NCBI GenBank assembly: GCA_951406725.2
Contig: OX597826.1
Location: forward strand, 40,424,001 to 40,488,000
Source: Octopus vulgaris
Taxonomy: Eukaryota
DNA length: 64,000 nt
Direction of reading: 5' to 3'
The translations under genes and the position numbers were made by a program. The notes beneath the pieces were generated by a model. That model searched no databases and was not told the origin of the DNA. It saw nothing but the letters and a program-made list of their open reading frames with translations. Positions 14,022 through 28,805 of the stretch are shown one piece after another (the first letter of the stretch is position 1; every line of letters starts with the position of its first letter).

Positions 14022-15520
14022 CATTTGATACCCAAGCTATTACATTTAATATATTTAATTTGTTTATCCACATAATTTACTCCATGTATGTATGTATGTA
14101 TGCATGTGTATGGTATTGTATGCATGTATGTATGTATGTATGTATGCATGTATGTATGTATGTATGTATGTATGTATGTATGTATGTATGTATGTATGTA
14201 TGTGTGTATGTATGTATGTATGTATGTATGTATGTACAGTTAAACTTTAATCAAATTTTGGAAAGCAATTTTTTCATTTAATTCCATGATTCCGTTTCGG
14301 AAATAAATACGATTGATTAGAAAATTTTTTTGTGGCAGATTAAAAATATTTATTTGAAATAAGTAGAATTGCAGAAATAGATATGACATTATTTTATAGT
14401 GTCTCTACATCAACACACTAAGATATTAAAAAGAGAAGATTTCAGGTTTTGAAGGTCTCTGGAATTATAAGTAGGCTTGAAATATGGCAAATATTCATCG
14501 TCATTTATATCAACCAACATTTATCGATTGCTCTTTATTAAAGATATCATTTGATAAGCAATTGAAAATATGATCGATATTTACTTCGACACTTCATAAA
14601 ATCGATTTCTGTTTTATAAAAATACAAGACAACAGTAGCATACTTCTTTTTCAACAAGATACTCATTACTTAAATCCGATTAGTGGTTTTTAATGAAAAC
14701 TTTTGTTTCCTTTTTTTTTTTTTTTTTCTCGAGGCTTTTTTTGGTGGGGGGTAATCACTGCAAATCTTTTCGTCATGTCGGGAATATGTGGTGAATTATG
14801 CCATTTTCTGCTTCTCAAATTGATTTTATTTATTTAAAAGCTACAGTTACAGAAACTCAAACACCTTGTTTGAATTATTTTATAATAATGGAAACATTTG
14901 ATAAGTCTCGAAATAATAAAGATAACAGTTGTTTCTAAAATAGGGGCTTCTAAAATATGTTGTATGTAAGTTAAATTTTACAAGAAAACAGTTGACAGTG
15001 ACTTGTCACCTTGGAATTCTTTGTCATCCTAAACTCTATATGTAGAAATGAAGGTTCTTCTTTCATGTCACGCAAAATGTCCAGAATATAAACTTAACAC
15101 TTTGTGGGTCCTCACGTGGCTTATGAGGCCAGTTTTAGTATGGAATCTATGTTCATAGTAGGAGCGCGTTGTAACAGGATCAGAGACCGGTGGATCTCTT
15201 GTTTTCCGTGCAGCCTCCCTCTCTTTAGCTTCTCTAACTACGTGGGATTCTGAGTGCTCAAGAATAGAGAGCGATACTCCACAATGAATAATGCTGAGTA
15301 AGATGTTCTAAGTACACTGCTCTAAATTACACATTTTAAATGGCTGTCTTGAGAGTGTCCTTGTATCTCCTCTTTTGTCCACCACGTAAGCAAGTTCACC
15401 AGCTGCTAGCTCACCAATAAAGATTTGACCGAAGTATCTGGAGTCGGACATGCACGAAACCTTCTCACTCCCCCACAGCCGGAATTTGCTCTGCATACAT
15501 ACATACACACACACATATAC

Positions 15521-15602
<82 letters not shown>

Positions 15603-15607
15603 GAGGG

Positions 15608-15758
15608 TTTGCCAACATAACATAGCAGTCCTGGTTTAGGACGAATGCTGTATAAGGACACAGATCGTGTCGTATAGCCAGCTGGAGATGATTTCTCCCG
15701 GGGGCTAAATTACAGCAGCAATCGTCCTAAACCAGAACTACCATGTTATGTTGGCAAA
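15608..15758. repeat. Inverted repeat with ~43-bp arms around a ~65-bp spacer, between (GT)n and (TA)n
   Basis: TTTGCCAACATAACATAGCAGTCCTGGTTTAGGACGAATGCTG matches the reverse complement of 15716-15758 with about 4 mismatches. Confidence 0.9.
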
Positions 15759-15810
15759 TCATCTTTACTCTAGCGTACTGTTGAGATATTTACAAATAGT
15801 AATTATATAT

Positions 15811-15873
<63 letters not shown>

Positions 15874-16116
15874 TATAAGAAGAATGACATCTAAGTTCTG
15901 GCCCTTGCTAAATTTTCTTGAGAACAATCCTTTCTTAGTGGTAAAACCATAGGGGGTCTACTTTTAGCATAATGGATGTCCACTTAGTGGTCATCCCACC
16001 TTATATATATGTAATATAATTTTTCTGAATCTTCAGATTTTTCAATATGCTAGACCACTGGTTTTAAATTGATATTAATCAAATTAATATTCAATTTTTC
16101 ACCCTTATTATTATAA

Positions 16117-16180
<64 letters not shown>

Positions 16181-16464
16181 GCGTACTTTTGTGCGTGCGT
16201 ATTCATAGGTATGTATGTTTGTATATATGTATGTATGTGCATCTGTATACTAATGAGAATTGTTTCTAAGATTCACATATTTCGAAAGGTGATACTTTAG
16301 ACCAACAGGAAACAGCAAGCCACATGGAATATTATAGCAGCATTACTTTCAAAAACATTACGCTGGGCAAAATGGTAATACAAAAACAAAGACATTATAA
16401 TTATTATTCAATCAATAAAACATAAACATACAAATTAATCAAAAAGAAATATAATGTTTAAATG

Positions 16465-16536
<72 letters not shown>

Positions 16537-16764
16537 CATGAAATAAATTTATAGAGATATTCTTGCTAAAATTTTACGGGAATATGTTAATAGATTTTCA
16601 TTTTATGGATATTAGTTTCTTTATTTCCGAATTTTCTATTTATGCATGCGTGTTTGTCTGTGACCGTGTGTGTATGTATATAGAAGTACGTATATGTATA
16701 TACATACATACATACATACATACATAAATGCACACACAAACACACACACTCATATATAAATTCT

Positions 16765-16990
16765 TTCATTTTTATTCTTTTATTTGTTTCAGTCGTTTGA
16801 CTGCGGCCATGTTGGAGCACCGCCTTTTAGTCGAAGAAATCGACCCCACAGCTTATTCTTTGCAAGCCTGGTACTTATTGCATCGATCTTTTTTGACGAA
16901 CCGCTAAGTTTTGGGGACGTAAACACACAAACATCGGTTGTCAAGTGATGCTGGGGGAACAAATGCACTTACACACCCACACACACACAA
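16765..16990 (-). mobile_element. Family A SINE, 3' half; a matching head-side fragment lies at 17660-17738
   Basis: Homology to 151-350. Confidence 0.85.
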
Positions 16991-17000
16991 ATCTCTCTCT

Positions 17001-17050
<50 letters not shown>

Positions 17051-17189
17051 TATATATATATTTCGTTTTGGGATTTTGTTTGCAAGATTCTTATATATAT
17101 ATATATATGCAAAATCTGAAATATTCAGAGTGATATTTCCAATGATTAACAATAGAGTCTTCAGGCATCAATGCATGTGTATGCATATA

Positions 17190-17269
<80 letters not shown>

Positions 17270-17271
<2 letters not shown>

Positions 17272-17642
17272 CGCATGAGTGGTTGTGTGGTAAGAAGCTT
17301 GATTCCCAACCACATGGTTCCAGGTTCAGTTCCACTACATGGGACCTTCGGCAACTGTCGGTTACCATAGCCACGAGCCGACAACAGCTTTGTGAGTGGG
17401 TTTGGTAGATGGAAACTGAAAGAAGCCTGTTGTATATGTGTGCGTGTCTGTGTATTTGTGTGTGTGTGTGATTGTCCGCCCCCACCATCGCTTGGAGTGT
17501 TTACATCCCTGTAAATCAACGGTTCAACGAAAGAAAACGATAGAATAAGAACTAGGCTTACATGTCCTGGGGTCGATATGTTCGACTTAAGGCGGTGATC
17601 CAGCATGACCGCAGTTAAATGACTGAAACAAGTAAAGGATTA
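17270..17642 (+). mobile_element. Family A CORE-type SINE, full length
   Basis: GGCGCATGAGTGGTTGTGTGGTAAG head, GGTTCAGTTCC B-box and 3' end GACTGAAACAAGTAAA. Confidence 0.9.
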
Positions 17643-18059
17643 AATATATATATGTATATACGACGGGCTTCCTTCCGTTAATCGAATCCATTCACAAGGC
17701 TTTGGTCGGCCCGACGCTATTGTAGAAGACACTGCCCAATTTATTTCAGGTATATACAATATTATAGATAGTTATACATATAGATATATATACATGAAAA
17801 TAATATTAGTATCCAGCAAGGAGAAAGCACCATATAGGTAAAATTATTTATATACATATATGAATGAATGAGCGCGTGCATTTAAGTACGTGTGTAGAAG
17901 TAGCTAAGTGTCTACATATATATATATATATACATATGTGAACACGTTTGTATGTGCAACAATGATGCTATAAGCAGCTAATCGTGCAAAATCTGAAATA
18001 TTTAGAGAGATATTTCCAATGATAAATAGTAGAGTCTTTAGAAATGAATGCCATATCAC

Positions 18060-18446
18060 AGTGGAAGCACTCCGTCGGTTACGACGACGAGGGTTCCGGT
18101 TGATCCGAATCAACGGAACAGCCTGCTCGTGAAATTAACGTGTAAGTGGCTGAGCACTCCACAGACACGTGTACCCTTAACGTAGTTCTCGGGGATATTC
18201 AGCGTGACACAGAGAGTGACAAGGCCGGCCCTTTGAAATACAGGTACAACAGAAACAGGAAGTAAGAGTGAGAAAAAGTTGTGGTGAAAGAGTACAGCAG
18301 GGATCACCACCATCCCCTGCCGGAGCCTCGTGGAGCTTTAGGTGTTTTCGCTCAATAAACACTCACAACGCCCGGTCTGGGAATCGAAACCACGATCCTA
18401 TGACCGCGAGTCCGCTGCCCTAACCACTGGGCCATTGCGCCTCCAC
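18060..18446 (-). mobile_element. Young tRNA-derived SINE (family B) with a perfect 14-bp target-site duplication
   Basis: Head GGAGGCGCAATGGCCCAGTGGTTAGG...GGTTTCGATTCCC. The TSD GAATGCCATATCAC is at 18046-18059 and 18447-18460. Confidence 0.93.
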
Positions 18447-18762
18447 GAATGCCATATCACTGGATTCGAAAATACGTAAAACGTAAAATAGAGTAATCAA
18501 AGTCTTTTCATCTTTTTTTGAAAAATAGAGATTGGTGCGACTGATGCTAACTTCAAATTGAATGTTCATGCACCCAACTTGCTTACGGATGGATCTATAG
18601 AGGAAAGTCATTTATATTCAATATATAGCTTGGGTTTGCTAAATAGATTTGTGTGATTTACATAATTAGGAATTCGTTACTTGTAATGTCCAACTGTATT
18701 CAATTAAACGATGTAAGGATGAGCAACGTTTCATTCACGTATTGATGAATATTATTACACTG

Positions 18763-19447
18763 CACGAGAGGGTACCCAAAAGTCACTGGAAACGTTCTCT
18801 GTGGAAGAAGCCCGTTGTATTTCGGGTTTCCGACACGGAAGCCACTTTATGCAAATATCGGTGACTCTGTCTTTCATTGGGCTGTCACATGGTGCGTCTT
18901 TGTTTTGCAGTGCCTCTCCTCTCATCATCGATTTCGGATGGCTGAAACGAAGGAACAAGCATGCTTCCGTGAATGTTTGTTTCCTGCCGGCAAAACGGCG
19001 GCCGAAACAGTTGTCATGCTTCAAACAGATTACAGGGACGCTTCCATGAGCAAAACGCAAGTTTACGAATGGCTGACACGCTTAATCAATGGTCACATAT
19101 TATTGCTCGAGAACCAACCTTGTTCAGGGCCACCGTCGACTGAGTTTACAAAGGAAAACATCGTGAAAATTCATGATCTGCTCTCGGAGGACCGTCCCTG
19201 AACAATTGACGAACCTGTTGATATGATTGGTGTGTCCTGGAGCACCTGCCAACGAATTTTGAGTGAGAAATTGCAAATGAAGAGTTGCAGCAAAATTTGT
19301 GCATCGCTTGCTTACGGAAGATCAAAATCAGTCACGATTGAATGCGTGCCGTGAATTAAAAGAACGGTTGAAAGTTGATCCGGACCTTTATTCGAAGGTC
19401 ATCATTGGTGGTGAAAGCTGATGCTACAGAATTTGCAGTTGTGGAAG
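18763..19447 (+). mobile_element. Mariner (DD34D-type) deletion derivative, left part with TIR
   Basis: KTAAETVVML..MSKTQVYEW..SGPPST HTH region, VAAKFV.RLL linker and IIGGES.CY. The left end ACGAGAGGGTACCCAAAAG matches the reverse complement of 49045-49065. Confidence 0.9.
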
Positions 19448-19463
19448 TTCTTGTTCCATTTTG

Positions 19464-19498
<35 letters not shown>

Positions 19499-19605
19499 AA
19501 ATATTATTCATGTAGTTATACAATTAAGATGCCGAGTGCTGGGAACACAAAAAGGGGATGAATTTATCGAGAGTGAAAATCAAAAACGTTTACCGATAAC
19601 TTTAA

Positions 19606-19685
19606 CAACTCGAACCGCACGGTTTCTGCTTCTTTCTAGCAAAACACAGAATATGTTTGCTAAGGCTGGGTTCGTCAGCGAGTCG
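19606..19685 (-). ncRNA. Type I hammerhead ribozyme motif (inverted copy, GUU triplet)
   Basis: Minus strand: CGACTCG CTGACGA ... GAAAC CGTGCG GTT CGAGTTG. Confidence 0.65.
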
Positions 19686-20295
19686 CCTAAATTGAATCGA
19701 GGTCTGCAGCGATGTGGGACCATGTGTTGATCTCGACTACTAGCAGATCTTAACTTTTCAAATCTCTGCGCAGACGCAAAACTTACACGGCAGTATAGGG
19801 CATGCCGGGAAGAATTTTACGAATAAATCCATCATGTAATATGCGAATATAAACAAGAAGGGTAGTAATATTATTTACTACCAGGTGCCCAGCACAAAAG
19901 ACGAATTAGTCATAAGACAAAAATATTATTCATAAACGTTTTTGATTTTCACTCTCGATAAATTCATCCCCTTTTTGTGTTCCCAGCACTCGGCATCTTA
20001 ATTTAGGAGCCCTTAATTGTATAACTACATGAATAATATTTTTCTATATGAATAATATTTTTGTCTTATGACTAATTCGTCTTTTGTGCTGGGCACCTGG
20101 TAGTAAATAATATTACTACCCTTCTTGTTTATATTCGCATATTACATGATGGATTTATTCGTAAAATTCTTCCCGGCATGCCCTATACTGCCGTGTAAGT
20201 TTTGCGTCTGCGCAGAGATTTGAAAAGTTAAGATCTGCTAGTAGTCGAGATCAACACATGGTCCCACATCGCTGCAGACCTCGATTCAATTTAGG

Positions 20296-20374
20296 CGACT
20301 CGCTGACGAAGCCAGCCTTAGCAAACATATTCTGTGTTTGCTAGAAAGAAGCAGAAACCGTGCGGTCCGAGTTG
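20296..20374 (+). ncRNA. Type I hammerhead ribozyme motif with extended stem II
   Basis: Stem I CGACTCG/CGAGTTG; CUGACGA at 20303; inner hairpin TAGCAAACATA-TTC-TGTGTTTGCTA; GAAA at 20354; quasi-palindromic stem III ACCGTGCGGT; GUC at 20365-20367. Confidence 0.75.
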
Positions 20375-20619
20375 TTAAAGTTATCGGTAAACGTTTTTGA
20401 TTTTCACTCTCGATAAATTCATCCCCTTTTTGTGTTCCCAGCACTCGGCATCTTAATTTAGGAGCCCTTAATTGTATAACTACATGAATAATATTTTTCT
20501 ATATGAATAATATTTTTGTCTTATGACTAATTCGTCTTTTGTGCTGGGCACCTGGTAGTAAATAATATTACTACCCTTCTTGTTTATATTCGTATATATA
20601 TATATATATATATATATAC

Positions 20620-20765
20620 AGCGGCGTACGTACCCTTTATTCTCTTATATGTAAGTACACATTTCTCTAAACTTGGTACGATTCTACAACACTGTCTCTC
20701 TCCCCCCACTCTCCTACAATTCCTTGCTTTTCTTACTTTGCACTTCACTTTGTCCCTGTCTATTT

Positions 20766-20803
<38 letters not shown>

Positions 20804-21322
20804 TCCTTATTTCCTTATTCCTCTCTCTCTTCTCCCACTCCTTAATTCCTCTCCCCCTCTTTTCCTCTCTCTTCTCTTCACACGTGACTGACTGGCCGAC
20901 TACTGGCGTTTTGGCTCTGGCAGCGGTCGTGGTAACATCAACACTTTTTTTCTCTGCCCCAAGGTACATTCCTAACACGCCAGCTGAGTTCAATTCGTCT
21001 AAGTCGAAAGACGCCTGTGGTGATGTCATGTTATTGTTATTATCATTATTGTTTTTTCGTATTATTTTTGTATTCGTATTCGTGTAACATGGTCCGTTTT
21101 CCCGTCCTTGTTTCGTATACATTCGAAGCTTTTTTTTTCCAAGGAATCTAATGCCCTTAACTTAGGTTTTCCTTGGGGCTGGCCAGATTGGGGCAATCTC
21201 AAGATTAATCAGCCGAAATTGCGAGGATGATCCGGTTCTTGACTGAAGATTGAAGGCTTCGAATGACCCGTCCGTGTTTTTTCTATCGTCTTCTGAATGT
21301 TTTGCGTTCTTGTCCCATTTTG

Positions 21323-21327
<5 letters not shown>
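20620..21327. repeat. Probable interspersed repeat ending TTCTTGTCCCATTTTGTATTT-(TA)n
   Basis: The same terminus recurs at 19448-19468 before (TA)n. The segment is bounded by (TA)n on both sides. Confidence 0.45.
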
Positions 21328-21363
<36 letters not shown>

Positions 21364-21509
21364 TTTTATTATTCTACGTTTCAGCATATGAGACAGAGAG
21401 AGAAATACATGTGCTTTACAGTACATGTATTTACTATATTATCTACTAATTATTTACAGTGTGATAGTTCTGCTACAAAATGCTTGTGTTGGAAATGTGT
21501 AATCCCTTT

Positions 21510-21577
<68 letters not shown>

Positions 21578-22073
21578 ATACAGGGCTCCACACTCTGACT
21601 GGGGTTTTGTTCGCACGGCATGTTGATTGATAGAACATATGAGGGGGCTGCAAAGAAGATATCTCTGTTTTCCATCTTCATGTAAATGGTCAAGGGAAGA
21701 GTCAAGGAAAATCGCTCCTCGCGTTGTATTAGTCTATATCATAAATTACACTTTAACAGTCTTTCTAGAGACATTCAGCTAACATTATTCTGTAAATGAT
21801 ACAGTTTATAAAATATATTCTATATTTTAACGCAAGCTCTCATTGCAACACGCAATTATATTTAATTAATTCGCTGATTTTCATTGGTGCAGATCATCAT
21901 AAATTACTTTGGCCCCTAATTTGTATAGACCTCTTTAATATTTACCTATTTAAATTACTTGAGTAATTAAAATGTTGACAGTTTAAACATTTTTTATTGT
22001 TGTAGATCAATGTATACATACATAGACATATACACGCATACATACACACACACACGCACACACATATATACAT

Positions 22074-22104
<31 letters not shown>

Positions 22105-22141
22105 CATACATATATATATATACTTATATATATATACATAC

Positions 22142-22198
<57 letters not shown>

Positions 22199-22207
22199 CA
22201 TACATAC

Positions 22208-22258
<51 letters not shown>

Positions 22259-22263
22259 CATAC

Positions 22264-22362
<99 letters not shown>

Positions 22363-23785
22363 AATTACGTTTAGCTTAAAGTAACATAAACATTTTAATA
22401 GTATGTTGTTGCTATAGACGCGGCCAAACCCAAGATAATTATACACCGTCCTATTATTACAGTGATCTTTAATTCTAGAAAACTGAAACTAAAAACCGCA
22501 AGTAGGCAGCAACATTTTTAGATTGAACAGCAGCTTCAAAAATTTAATTAATTTACCAAACTATTGTCATGAGAACAAAATTTGTATAAATATATCAAAA
22601 ATATGCATTTATTCAGATAATTACTGTCTTTTGAATGAATTGTTTGATGAATTCATTCGACTAAAGTTGATATTGGTTTTCACTTATTCATAATTTATAC
22701 CAACCCCTTGGGTAATTGATTTCCGCTACTTATGCATTTATTAATCACTTATTTGTATGCATGTGCTGTTTTCCATGTTGCTTAAATTCAGGTCAGTCTT
22801 CACATATCAGAACTATCATCTTACGCGTTCTAATCATGTCCGTTTGCTCTTGTTAAAAGCTCTGTTATTATCAAAGGGTTTTTATTAAGACGGAAGAGTG
22901 TGATATACGAGACATGAATCTGTTGTTTCTACCAGGTTAAATGACCATCAGAAGTCTTCTCTGTAGCTCGTGAGCTTGCATTAAGCGTGCATAATTTCCT
23001 TTTATGTTCTTACGCTGTGAATTCTAGTCACCATGTTTCTGTGCTGATATCCTGATGTATATGAAAAGCTGTCTTGTGCTCTTTGGATTACTGTTTCCTA
23101 CTAAAATGCCAATAGTTATTTTCTGTATGTCTGTATAGCCTCTAAGCATGTGCGATTGTATATGTCTATAAAAGAGTTAAAGATGTATGAAGGTATATGT
23201 ATGTATGGCTATGTAATTCTTAAGTATGTATGTTGTTATACGCGTCTATCTATATCTGTATATATCCATAGTGTGTATGTTGGTGTGTCTACCTGTATCT
23301 GTATATTTGTTCGTATATGTATTTATACACACACACACACACTCACACTCCTATATATATATATATATATATATATATACGTGAATGCACGTTATATATA
23401 TCCCCTACATATGTATCTAGGCAAATGTGCCTACATGTTTGCTAAGCATTTTGCTTGTGCATATGAAAACTCGTATACTTATTTCTATTAAATTCTATTC
23501 TATTCTTTGTTCATTTATTCCTTTCTCTATGTATCTCATTTTTTCAGCGGCCAGGCAGGAGCAATACCATTGAAGGTTTTACTGATTATAGCGGAAATGC
23601 ACTTTATCTGCTACCTGTGTTTTTTTTTATCTCGATAGAGAAAAAAGTTCTACCCGGGTAAAGAATGACGTAACCAAAGCATAGAAGATATCTTTGTTCA
23701 ATGCTGCTACATTCTTGTCGATATACATATATCGTGCACACATACACACATATATATATGTATGTATATATGCATAAATGTATGC

Positions 23786-23858
<73 letters not shown>

Positions 23859-24444
23859 TTTTCAGGAGTGACCTTACGCGGAAGAGATGAGAATAAGTTT
23901 ATTTTCTTTTAATTCTGAACTAAATTTCAATTAGAAACAAGAAAATTACAGCAAAGCAGCGTGACGACCATCTTATAACTTGTTCGACATTGCATTTTTA
24001 TTCTTCTATTCCTTTTTATTTTGACATGCGGATTGCCTTTTCATTCTTCTCCTCCGTTTAACGAATTAAACGTGCACATTCCGTGTTTCTATTTCTTTTT
24101 CCGGTTCCTACTCAAAACAGTTTACAGATCACAACCATCTCACGAACCTGTGTTCGTGAGGAGCGCGCTGCGCTCCGATGGTGGTGAAAGAAATCTGATG
24201 ACGTAAGCAACAGTAAAGATAACAAGATCGGCACGCAATTGCCAATACTAACGGGACAACAACAAAAAATAGCCCATGGAAACGAATGGCATTTAATGTA
24301 GAAAGAACGACAAAATTGACAACGAAGCTTATGAAGTTGAAGTTAGCTCTGTAAGGCAACACTGACTCATAATAGCACTAATTAAGTCGAAATCTATATT
24401 CTCTCAAAAGCTATTCCACAGTTGTATCATATATTTAATATCAA

Positions 24445-24975
24445 AAGAAATTAAATACGCTTTGAAATCAGCTGTTAAGGCTATCTATACATATATTTTA
24501 TGGAAATTATAGCCAACTCTGATTTTTGTTACTACATTTCGTAACCGAGACTTCATATGTAAACAAAGAGATCGAAGATGAAAAAGTTGTAATGAGCGTA
24601 TATGCCATATTTCGGGAGTTTTTGCTCTTTCATCAGCAACTATCTAACCCCTTAATCATCCTCGAACACTTTGCTTAAATAGCCACTAAAAACAACAGTG
24701 TGCTGTTATTTTTACATATTAAAGACATTCCAGAAAGCTGGTACGTAAATACTAATGACTTGTAGGGACGCGGCATTCCGTCATGCAATCATAATATGAT
24801 GTAAATTATATTAAACGTTTTATAAGTTACTACCGTGTTCTACTGCAAACTCATTGTTTGTTTACATCTGACACTCGGATGCGAAATGTCGTAACAAAAA
24901 TCAGTGTTGGATATAATTTTTATAGAATATCTGTAAAAATAACCTTAACACACTTCTAACACGGTATTGACTTGC
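24445..24975. mobile_element. MITE-like element with ~100-bp imperfect terminal inverted repeats
   Basis: 24473-24567 (TGTTAAGG...CTGATTTTTGTTAC...TGTAAACAAA) matches the reverse complement of 24857-24950. Confidence 0.75.
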
Positions 24976-26649
24976 AAAAACTTTTAATATACTTTACAGT
25001 ATATTATGTTTGAATAACGAAACTCCGCGTCTCTATAAGTCATAAATTTTGAAATAATTACTTTTGATCGTATTTCGCAAATAACTTCAGAATTATGATA
25101 TTCGTCTAAAAATTCAGAGCCCTAACATATGTTTTATATGATTACTTGTTTTTGCGTCATTAAAATGAACAATTTGCTAGTATCTATTATAACAACATAC
25201 ACATTATATCTAGAAGTTTTCCGATCAACATGTTATGATAGATAATGTAATACCATTAGGGAAATAAACTAGTTTGAATAGAAATTGCGTAACAGCGATG
25301 AAGGTTACTTAAAGTTATCACCAAGAGAAGAAGGAAACAAACTAACAGAAAGGTTAGCTCCTAATTAACCTCTTATCTACTATTCTGCCGGCTGTTTATC
25401 TGATAATTGTCTGCTTAAATAATGCAGTGTACAATTTAAATGACTTTCGGCCCTTTCATGCAGATATAACTGCCATATGGCAGTGATTTAAGAACAGTAA
25501 CATTAGTAATTACAAACCTGTCCTCTAAATAAGGACACCGTTAATATCGATGTGTCTGCTGCTGTCGCTTTCCGCAGATTCAGCTCTGAATATTGCGTTC
25601 ATGTTAATATTCATTAATATAGTCATAAAACTACAGATGCATACATACACAAGCTGGTGCACACCTACCTACATGCGCACATACAGTCATGTGTACAGCC
25701 TGCATTAATATACTGATTTTGTCTATATTTTATGCATGCGAACAACTAATTATTGTATATGAGGTTTCATGGAATGACCATCTGTATACACAGATATTCG
25801 CAAAATTATCTAAAACTGCATATTTCTGAGAGGCTTTTACTTTTCAAACTCCAAAGTACTTTTCGTACATATTTTTTTTTATATTTTCGATGGTGAGGTT
25901 TGCTATGTATATAAACACTTTCCCAAATGAAACTGCACTTCATTTTTGAAGTTTTAACGGAGCTAAAAGGTGATACACAAGCACTCAACAATGAGCGTGT
26001 TGCATCATAAAGCAGAAACAACCGCGAGCGAATAAAGTTCATTGGATAATTTCTAGTTCTCTTGCCATTTATATTATCCTCTATTAGGTTCTGTTCTCAA
26101 CTAAAGCTTTTCTCTGAAGCATACCTACATTGAGTTCTAACATCGGATTTATCAATATCGCTTTGCCCAAGGAAAATATTAATAAATAAATAGATAGGGA
26201 GAGAGAGAGAAAGAAAGAGAGAGCAAAACAGTTTAATTCAGAATCCTTGATATCCTGAGTTTCAAGCACCTGGCTAGTCTTCGGCCATTGGAGTCTGAAT
26301 GGGAGTTCGATTGAAGAGAGCCAATGCTTCTTAATGGACATTAGCCCGCGATTGATCGAGAAACTTTGGTAAATTCAGCGACAGCAGTTATATGGAAAAT
26401 ACTGCATACTGTCGATATAGATCGTGTGGTTGGTGGGAGGTAGGAAGGGGCGGTAGATGTGGGGTTGTATATGTATATATGGTCATGAATATGCTCATGT
26501 ATCTGCTTGCATGTACTTATACGAGTGTGTTGGTGTACTTAGATGCACATTCACACATCCGTGCACATACACACACGCACAGACATACGTACACATATAC
26601 AGACACGTATACACAGACAGACACACACCCACGAAGGCACACACGCACT

Positions 26650-27766
<1,117 letters not shown>

Positions 27767-28805
27767 TCACATTAATACACATCTGCACGGAGGACACGTA
27801 ACACTACTCCCCTACTCGTTATGTGTACGTGCGCACATACGCATAATGTTTTCGTGTACTTACATAGTATACATATTAGCTATATATAACTTTTCTACAT
27901 CACACATAAAACATGTGGATCCAGTTTTTTTACAAATTTCAGAAAGCATAAAAAAAGCAAATAACTGTTATTTGGAAAATCTATTAAATCATGTGGCGAA
28001 TGTGAAAGAGAAAATATGAATGTTAAGATAGGAACATGACAAATAGAAAATAGATGGAAGAAGAGGGGGAAAAATAACAGAAGAGAAATAAACATGACTG
28101 ATACAAGTGTGAGGCAGAAGCGGTGGAGACTGTAGGATAAAACGTGGGTGGAGACGAAAGGAAGGAAAGATAAATGGAAAAAATAAGGAGGTGATGAAAG
28201 GGAAAATAAAACGGAATGAAGTGGTATTTGCGAGTATGGAGGGTGCTGAGAGTGACTAAAAAGGGGAGAGTAGAGAAGATTGTGCGGGGAGAGTGAAAGA
28301 GATGTTTTTATTAAGATATACATTTAGAAAACGATAAGAGTAAGTGAGTATGATTCTAGAGTTTGTGGGTAATTGTGGGGGCGTATGAGTGAGCGTGGAG
28401 AAGGGCTGTATGGGTGAGTGGTGAGGGGATTGTTTTACAAACGTGGATTAAAGGTTAAATGTTGTAAAAAAAAATAAAATGAGGGTTAGATTGGGGATGG
28501 TAGCAAAAAATCAAAATCGATGAAAGAAATAAAATATTCAAGAAAAATGATAGAAAGATTGGAGAACCTGAAGAAAGGCTCTGGCAATCACGCTGTATGA
28601 GGGAAAACATGATCAATCATCGTTATGGAAGCTAAGTTATACAACATAAAAAATACTGCGAAACTATTCTATATTATTGGCATATGCATACATGGTTGCC
28701 TCCACATACATCCACATATATATTTGACTTTTTACACACATAATAAGTGTGTATGCCTGTATGTGTATATATATGTCTATGTATACACACACACACACAC
28801 ACTAT

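Larger units (their letters stand above)
19492..20592. mobile_element. Hammerhead-containing non-coding retroelement (retrozyme/Penelope pLTR-like): inverted monomer plus 1.45 tandem units of 455 bp, within (TA)n
   Basis: 19492-19934 is the near-identical reverse complement of about 20047-20504. 19933-20137 repeats at 20388-20592 (period 455). Flanked by (TA)n on both sides. Confidence 0.9.

Noticed and set aside
18370-18446. tRNA-like sequence (Arg-like head)
   Set aside because: It is the head of a SINE with body and TSD, and it lacks a proper acceptor stem.
21236-21275. CTGAAGA...TTCGAATG hammerhead-like motif
   Set aside because: GAAT instead of GAAA and no stem I support; it would need a family consensus.
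23050-23075. CTGATGTATATGAAAAGCTGTC
   Set aside because: The core is incomplete and no stem I forms.
24595-24645. Minus-strand CTGATGA...GAAA inside the MITE
   Set aside because: Stem I cannot form and stem II is mismatched; probably chance.
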